Source: Chlorokybus atmophyticus (Eukaryota; Plantae; Mesostigma and Chlorokybus algae). Taken from it: 7,949 nt of DNA. This document shows positions 1-7,949 of this stretch, piece after piece. Each line of letters begins with the position of its first letter. Positions within the stretch are counted from its first letter, which is position 1. The notes beneath the pieces are model-generated. The model did no database searches. It was not told the origin of the DNA and was given only the letters and a program-made list of their open reading frames with translations. The translations under genes were made by a program, and so were the position numbers. Location: contig RHPI01001043.1 of NCBI GenBank assembly GCA_009103225.1, positions 54,190 to 62,138 of the forward strand, in the 5' to 3' direction.

Positions 1-80
1 GCGACCCCCCCCCCCTCCACCCGCCCCCCCAACTCATGGAACCCCCTTGTTCGTCAGTGCTTATGGTGCATTCTCCCCTA

Positions 81-455
81 ATGTATGGCAGGTATCAGCG
101 GAAATTCTTGCACACTTGTAGCAGCAATACAATGCCAACCCCACAGCCAACATAAGCAGTATCAAAGTGCAGCTTAAAAAGGCAGTCATATGGTGTCGCA
201 AGGCGTACAGCGAGCTCACCGCCAGCACCATAAGAACTGCTGCCTGTTTTGTAGATTTGGGAACATCATGCATCGTTTCTCCCCATTCCGTGCAGATCTG
301 GAGATGCTGCCACTCGATGAGTTCGTGCACGCGGATGTTACTGTTCAAATTGAGGCTGGTTCAAGTGATGAGGACATTCCAAGAAGCGTTTGGCATCAGA
401 GCCTACTGATGATGAGTCTGCTAAGGCATATGGTGAGGACATGCAATACACTGTA
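81..455 (+). mobile_element. Probable degraded pogo/Tigger (DDE_1/CENP-B-like) transposase C-terminal fragment
   Basis: Joining three frames across two 1-nt shifts (~110, ~232) and one TAG (119-121) gives YGRYQRKFL / AHL*QQYNANPTANISSIKVQLKKAVIWCRKAYSELTASTI / KNCCLFCRFG...LPLDEFVHADVTVQIEAGSSDEDI. This resembles, from recall, the DDE_1 C-terminal pattern (F)K..YR..., A..W...AW..v...TI.NC and the acidic eeFV..D...DeeI tail. A possible Tc1/pogo-type end, ACTG|TA, lies at 450-455. The segment lacks the CA/GT repeats of the neighbouring DNA. Pattern recognition only; no search was run. Confidence 0.4.
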
Positions 456-951
456 TGCATACGCATATCCGTGACAAGCAATGCTACTTGCTTTGCGTGT
501 AGTGTATGTTGTATCTTTTAAGCACAGACTGCTTAGTTGAAATACGACTTATTAGGTGCGTGGGGCTGCTCTGCTGTGCCAATGCATTTGCTTCTGTTTT
601 TATGGCCCCACTACCTGTGCCGTGCATTTGGCGCGTCTCGTATGCGCATAACGGCGGACGGGCGCGCGCGCTTGTGCAGTTATTCCCTCGGATATATTTG
701 CAACAAACCGACATGTGGCAAGCACATGCCGCAAACTAACTGTGCACATCTTGGTGCATGAGCCATGAGATGAGTTACAACTATGGCGCCATTACCAATC
801 CACTCGGCACCAGCCCGCAAGCACAGCAGCGCAAGTTCAAAAAATATGCACAAATTGTACAAAATCTGAGCCTTGTATCCGCATGTTTGCAAATGCTAGC
901 TACAGAAAGAAGGAAGGACGGTCTCCACACGCTCCACCACGCACACACGCT

Positions 952-3073
952 TCAGAACTTGTCAGATGTCTTCAGGGCCGACATTAAGGCAGCAGGGTAC
1001 CTTTCCCCGGGGTCGCCGATGCTGGCAATGATGTCGCGGATGGCTTGGTCGTCCTCCGGCTCGATCTTCACATTCACCGCACCCAAGTTGTCCAACAGAT
1101 ACTTCACCTTGCGGGTACCTGATGTAAGACAAGCCTTGAGTCACGAGACAGAATAAAGACCCACACGCGTGCATGCACAAGTACTCACGCGCACACACGC
1201 GCAAGCACACACACATATCAATGTGTTGATATGGGTGTGTGCGTGCGCGTGTTCCACCTCACCTGGTATGGGGATGATGTCTTCTCCCTGTGCGAGTAGC
1301 CACGCGAGCGTCATCTGCGACAGCGTGCATCCCTTCTTGTCCGCCAGCTCCTTGAACTTTTCCACCAGGTCCAGGTTCTTCCGGAAGTTGTCCCCCTGCC
1401 AACGCGGGATGGACCGACGGTAGTCGTCCGGCGCAAAGTCATCAAGTGACCTGCAATTGTGTGTATCACAACAGTCAACATGATTCATGAGACACAACAA
1501 CTCAATCAAGCCTGCGGACATTACCGGTATTGGCCGGTGAGGATGCCGCGGCCCAACGGGCTGTACGCCACAATAGCAATGCCCAATTCTCTGCACAAAC
1601 ACTGTGTGCGTCAGCACAAACACTGCACAGCTGCGTGTGTACGTGCATGTTTGCGCCATCATGTGCGTGTGCGTGTCTGTTCCCTTGTTCTGTATTCAGT
1701 TCGATTGATTGCCACATCTCTCATGCATTGGAATTTTGCCTCGCACCTGCACGCTTTGAGGGTGCCGTTGGTCTCGATATCGAGAATCCACGGCGAGTAC
1801 TCCACCTGGTAGGCGGATATCGGGTGCACTGCGTGGGCACGCCGGATGGTGTCTGCAGAGCACTCTGAGAGACCGATATACCTGGTACAGAGGTTGTATG
1901 TATCATCGGCGTGTTGTGATACATACTTACAATGTAAAACCATATGCTGTGGTAAGCTGCAAAGCTTCAATACTTGATCTTGCCCTCCTCCACCAACTCC
2001 TTCAGCGCACGCATGGTGTCCTCAATCTCCGTATTTGAGTCCTGATGTGTCACAAGTCTAGCATGTGACACAACGCACACGCTTGCATGCGAGTGCACCC
2101 ACGCACCCACACACACGCACGCTGACCTTTCTGTGTTGGTAGTACAGGTCTATCTGTTCTACTCCCAGGCGCTGCAGGCTGGCGTTGCACGACTCCTTCA
2201 CGTACTCGGGCTTGCCGTTGTACCCGACGAAGTCACCGCTGCCCGGCGTGCGCACGACACCAAACTTGGTAGCCAGGAACACTGCGTGGGTGGGGGGTGG
2301 GTGAGTGTGCGTGTGTGTGCATGCATGTGGACACGCTTGCGTGAGATCGTGCAGAGGCGAGTTCGGTTGCGTGCGGGTCAAAGGTGATGTGCGTGTGTGC
2401 ATGAATGGGTGTGTGTCCACATTCCCGCGTGTGGGCATGTGCTGACGTGCGCGTCAGCATGTAATGTTTGGAAGAAACATGGTGATAGTGTGCACACATA
2501 CATGTGAAGTTCAGTCCTCGATGCCGAAGTCGGTTGCTTTGAACACTGCGTGCATGTGCGTGTTTGTGTGCGCGAGCAAGAGTGCGGGTTCAGAGCTCGT
2601 TCCCACCTTCGTTTCTGCGGTGTTTGAGCACTTTGGCGAGGAGCTTCTCGTTGTCGCTGTTCTTACCATACATGTCTGTAGGAGAGATGAGTGATCAAAA
2701 CACATACCAAAATTACGACTGAGTGATTGTTGGAAGTGACCGCTTGGATTAACGAATGCAGGTGTGAGTAAGTGAGTCAGGGAGTGCATAGGTGGATGCA
2801 CGGATGCATGCACTCACCTGCGGTGTCCCAGAAGGTGCACCCCTTGTCAATAGTCAGGTTCAGCAGCTCAATGGCGTCCTCCTCATCGCTGGCAGGCCCA
2901 TAAAACTGAGAAGTATGCATGTCAGCATTGGGTGCAAAACAACAACAACGACAATGTCAACAACAACAACAATCGAAGCACAGACGCACCTCAGACAGTC
3001 CCATGGCCCCAAAGCCAATGGCCGACACCATGGGGCCGTCCTTGCCCAGACGCCGCTTCGGAAACTCCGCCAT
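952..3073 (-). CDS. Aldo-keto reductase, AKR13/YakC-like, copy A (9 exons, 339 aa)
   Basis: Exons on the minus strand: 3073-2990, 2905-2818, 2675-2607, 2281-2127, 2041-1974, 1881-1747, 1590-1525, 1450-1263, 1118-952. They total 1020 nt in frame; all introns are GT-AG. The spliced protein carries AKR motifs [68 protein letters not shown] and IIPIPGT. The catalytic tetrad D55/Y60/K86/H130 is intact. Confidence 0.95.
2502..2545 (-). other. Candidate stop-containing (poison) cassette exon resembling the start of exon 4, within intron 3 of copy A
   Basis: The minus strand reads cacgcag|TG TTC AAA GCA ACC GAC TTC GGC ATC GAG GAC TGA ACTTCACAT|gtatgt. True exon 4 reads cacgcag|TG TTC CTG GCT ACC AAG TTT GGT GTC GTG. 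The segment is absent from the homologous intron of copy B. Confidence 0.45.
2938..2972 (+). repeat. Interrupted (AAC)n microsatellite in intron 1 of copy A
   Basis: aacaacaacaacgacaatgtcaacaacaacaacaa; counterpart of 4011-4055. Confidence 0.9.
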
Positions 3074-3352
3074 ACTGCCGACTGCCGCTGCCACAAGAGT
3101 GTTTGTGATCAAGCCAAGGTCACACTCATGCACAAGTCCATGATTAAGCTCTTGCATGCAAGAGAATGCAAGGTGACCACACAGGCACACACACACACAC
3201 CCCAACTGACAGCGACAACCGTGCATGCACAATGCAGAAACGACACACAACGCCACCGAGTAAGCCAGCAGCACTCGCCAACTGTGAGAAGGAACGCTGA
3301 CCTTTGTAAGGAGAAGGTGTGAACGATGAAGACTTCCACGCTAAGAAACAGA

Positions 3353-3376
3353 CCGCCGCCGCCGCCGCCGCCGCCG
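3353..3376 (+). repeat. (CCG)8 trinucleotide repeat; the mirror copy (CGG)4 is at 3582-3593
   Basis: Directly visible in the sequence. Confidence 0.9.
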
Positions 3377-3415
3377 CTGCGACATGGCTGTGGGCAGCAA
3401 GTTGGTGTAACCAGT

Positions 3416-3512
3416 GTACGCGGCACAGTACTGTTGAACCTCAGTACGCATTGTACCATGTACAGTATGTACCGTACGGTACAGTATGTTCGGCACAGTT
3501 TGTACATGTACA
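3416..3512. promoter_or_regulatory. GTAC-motif cluster with a perfect 16-bp palindrome near the symmetry axis
   Basis: GTAC starts at 3416, 3428, 3444, 3453, 3460, 3469, 3474, 3479, 3502 and 3508. Perfect palindromes are TGTACCGTACGGTACA (3468-3483) and TGTACATGTACA (3501-3512). Direct repeats are GTACAGTATGT (3460, 3479) and CGGCACAGT (3421, 3491). The motifs are observed; regulatory function is inferred. Confidence 0.55.
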
Positions 3513-3907
3513 GGTTGGTTGTCATAAACTTGCTGCCAACAGCCACACCAGGGCTATTGTCCGAGGCATCCGTGCCGACAGCGGCGGCGGCGGTGGTCTG
3601 CGTGGAAGTCTTCATCGTCCACACCTTCTCCTTACAAACGTCAGCAATCTCTCTCCCCACAGCTGAGCCGAGTGCGCTAGCTATCACTCGGGGGGGCATT
3701 CGTCGTTTCTGCGTTGTGCATGCACGGGTGTGGCTGTGGCGGTCGGTTGGTGTGTACGCACAGAGAAGTTGAGTGCGTGCGTGCCTGTGTGGCACCTTGC
3801 ATCCACAAGCTCTTGCATGCATCCGCAAGAGCTGGAGTGTAGTGGGCTTGGGCGCGAGGTTTCAATGCTTGGTTAAATGAACAAGTGCTTCTGTGGCAGA
3901 GGCAGTC

Positions 3908-6080
<2,173 letters not shown>

Positions 6081-6570
6081 TGCGTGTGTGCGTGGCTGAA
6101 GCTGTTGAGACATTCTCTTTTTGATTTTTCCTGCACTATGCATTGAGATACATGTGGATACAAGCGGCTCAGAGCGCTGCTGTGCTTGCGGGGTGATGCC
6201 GAGGATTGGTGTTGCCGCTGTAGGTGTAACTCATCTCACGGCTCGTGCATCAAGATGTGAACACTTGCAGCATGTGTGTCACAACCATGCACGAGGGAGT
6301 GCCACAGCACACCAGCACACAGCATACAGCTCAGATGCACGCGCACCTCTCTGTTAATTCACACGCAAAACATAGTGCATGCTGGACTTCTACATAGATG
6401 CATAGGATGCACAACTCCGTTGGCTATCAAGTTTACCACACTGTACTCCTGTACTTTGAGACTTGTCGCTGTGAGCAGTAAACTTGACACGATTCGGCAC
6501 TGAGTCACGTAGCAGCAGAGGCAAAGTCTTTCACCGCCACGCCTTGCACTGAAAGGCACCATCGTGTAAC

Positions 6571-6575
6571 AAAAA
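6571..6575 (-). terminator. RNA polymerase III terminator (T5) of the tRNA-Val gene
   Basis: AAAAA on plus is TTTTT on minus, 14 nt downstream of the discriminator base. Confidence 0.75.
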
Positions 6576-6589
6576 TCAAGGAATGTGAA

Positions 6590-6663
6590 TGATTCCGGCC
6601 GGGCTCGATCCGGCGACCTTCAGTGTGTTAGACTGACGTGATAACCAACTACACCACGGAATC
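6590..6663 (-). tRNA. trnV-AAC: tRNA-Val, anticodon AAC (74 nt, intronless, no encoded CCA)
   Basis: Minus strand GATTCCGTGGTGTAGTTGGTTATCACGTCAGTCTAACACACTGAAGGTCGCCGGATCGAGCCCGGCCGGAATCA. Acceptor stem GATTCCG/CGGAATC is 7/7 paired with discriminator A. D arm GTG/CAC; anticodon stem TCAGT/ACTGA with loop CT-AAC-AC; T stem GCCGG/CCGGC with loop ATCGAGC. Confidence 0.96.
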
Positions 6664-7026
6664 GCGAGATGTCGAGGAGTCTTGCTTGTAACGCTATAAT
6701 GTTTACAGCATGCAGAGCATCACGTGAGCACCACGGAACGTTGTCCAGCGGAGGCAGGCAGTTACGCCAGTAGCGGCTTTGAAGCCGAGCCTTTCTTGCA
6801 TGGCTGTGTCGATGAGCACTGCGTGGCGCAAGAAGCGACTCTCCCGTTACTGTGGAAGCCAAGTAGCGGGACTCAGCAACATTTTCCCGGCTGGACGCAG
6901 CAACGGCCAAGGCAAAGAGGTTGAAAGCTAAGGCAAAGGCGGCGGCGAGCGGATCGGGGAGGTAGGGGGTATCCGTCCCCGATATGATAGCCCTCATGGG
7001 CGGGTGAGCGGTAGACGCACGTAGCC

Positions 7027-7913
7027 ATGCGTCGGGGCAGGAGCTCCTCCCCCTCCCCCTTCTCCTCCGCCCAATCGTTAAGGTCGTCCGGCATGGGGGC
7101 GGCGCCGGCCTTGGCGCTATGCGTCACAATAGCGCTGGCGCTTGTACAGATTGCATCAGGTGAGAGAATTGTTTAGACCCACCGCATGCTCTACACTCAT
7201 ACTGCCAGCCACGTAAAGTTTGTCTCAATGGCATTGTCCCCCCAACTAACCACCGTCAAGCAGTCTAGCAAGCCAGCAAGAATGACTCATGGCGACAAAG
7301 CTAGGGCGATTGTTTGTTTGATAAAGATGTATGCATTGTCACTTGTCACTTTGTTGTCAGTGACTCAACTGATCTATCAGCGCTTCTGTATTTCTAGTTC
7401 ATTGCGAGCAGAAATGTCAAGCTTCACGCACAACTGTCCCACTCGCACTTTCAATGTCACAAGCAGTTTTTGACTCCCATCACCAATATTCTGAGGCTGC
7501 TATCATGCCTTTTCTGCTAATCAAGCTGGATACCCGTTGCTGAGCAGTTGGTTTGTCTGAGTATCGCACAGCAGGCTGATGCATTTGCAGATTTGCAGAG
7601 TGTGGGTGTTCGAACGTAGAACATCGCACTTACGATACTTCCCCTTTCATTGCTGTCGATGTTGTTATTTAGCTAAGCCACTTGCTTTGGGGGTGCTATT
7701 CGTTGCATCAGGACTGGAGTGCGTGACACAACATTAGTGACCTGTTTTACATTTTGAGTGTTTAGTCTCACAATTCCTAAACTTTCACACGCGCCGTGCA
7801 GCCTCGCACTTCCGTTATGGCACAATCAGCTGGATCCCCGTTGCTGGCCCGCGCAGCGACGGCTCGTTCACCGTCGAGTTTACCTTCCGCGCAGCCTTTC
7901 GACGCAACTACGA
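7027..7913 (+). CDS. 5' part (exons 1-2) of a secreted or cell-surface protein with an HFRYGTISW N-terminus (Sib/integrin-beta-like); continues beyond the window
   Basis: Exon 1 is 7027-7159 (alternative ATG 7093): MRRGRSSSPSPFSSAQSLRSSGMGAAPALALCVTIALALVQIAS, followed by donor G|GTGAGA. The intron 7160-7801 ends gtgcag. Exon 2 is 7802-7913: (A)SHFRYGTISWIPVAGPRSDGSFTVEFTFRAAFRRNY, followed by donor GTACGC. The phase-1 join is in frame and creates a hydrophobic core plus an A-S-A signal-peptidase site directly before SHFRYG. Confidence 0.72.
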
Positions 7914-7949
7914 GTACGCACACAACAAAACACAAACACACTCCCCCCC

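Larger units (their letters stand above)
685..3419 (-). repeat. Left arm of a ~2.8-kb inverted segmental duplication
   Basis: Its reverse complement aligns by eye with 3508-6300 through the 3' flank (e.g. GCGCTGCTGTGCTTGCGGG, TGTAACTCATCTCA, CAAGATGTG), all exons, patches of every intron checked, and the upstream region. Weak similarity may extend to ~485 versus ~6375. Confidence 0.95.
3074..3907. promoter_or_regulatory. Shared bidirectional upstream region between the divergent AKR start codons (834 bp)
   Basis: Lies between ATG 3073 (minus) and ATG 3908 (plus) and is itself mirror-symmetric. It contains a near-identical ~45-nt block in each arm (3296-3341 and ~3600-3646) and a central GTAC cluster. 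The regulatory role is inferred from position. Confidence 0.75.

Noticed and set aside
5-31. C-rich run (G-quadruplex potential on minus strand); also the poly-C at 7943-7949
   Set aside because: Simple homopolymer tracts at the window edges with no context to support a function.
365-409. GTGATGA...CTGA resembling snoRNA C and D boxes
   Set aside because: Only ~45 nt long, no terminal stem, and inside the putative transposase fragment where GAT GAG codons explain the motif.
3416-3512. Repeat cluster considered as a CRISPR-like or minisatellite array
   Set aside because: No constant repeat length or unique spacers, eukaryotic context, and no cas genes.
3109-3828. Opposing ORFs across the spacer (3109-3828 minus, 3326-3772 plus), both containing MKTST
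   Set aside because: The shared peptide is a by-product of the mirrored conserved block. The rest is low-complexity repeat translation, and the reading frame is not preserved between arms.
6225-6229. TGTAA downstream of both stops (also 775-779 on minus), matching the Chlamydomonas poly(A) signal
   Set aside because: The two sites are homologous copies of one duplicated sequence, so they are not independent, and a 5-mer is common by chance. It is insufficient to assign function or taxonomy.
6620-7127. Minus-strand ORFs 6873-7127 and 6620-6997 resembling a frameshifted gene
   Set aside because: The first is largely the antisense shadow of the GC-rich plus-strand signal-peptide exon. The second runs into the tRNA gene. 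No recognisable domain.

Overview
Intron-rich microbial-eukaryote nuclear DNA with short introns full of CA/GT and CAA/TTG microsatellites. The style recalls the choanoflagellate Salpingoeca, but the organism cannot be proven from this window. About 5.6 kb (~685-6300) is one imperfect palindrome. It holds two head-to-head, 9-exon aldo-keto reductase genes of the AKR13/YakC type: copy A on the minus strand (952-3073, 339 aa) and copy B on the plus strand (3908-6080, 340 aa). They share all intron positions and differ by about 21 substitutions plus 1 indel by manual count (~94% identical). Homology between the arms covers introns, 3' flanks and upstream regions, and runs inward to a ~90-bp spacer holding 10 GTAC motifs and a perfect 16-bp palindrome. 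Copy A alone has an exon-4-like, stop-containing candidate cassette exon inside intron 3. Copy B needs a non-canonical GC donor at intron 2. To the right are a tRNA-Val(AAC) gene with A54 instead of T54 (minus, 6590-6663) and the first two exons of a signal-peptide protein with a mature N-terminus SHFRYGTISW (Sib/integrin-beta-like). To the left is a probable degraded pogo/Tigger-type transposase fragment. Most long ORFs in the supplied track are intron read-through artefacts.
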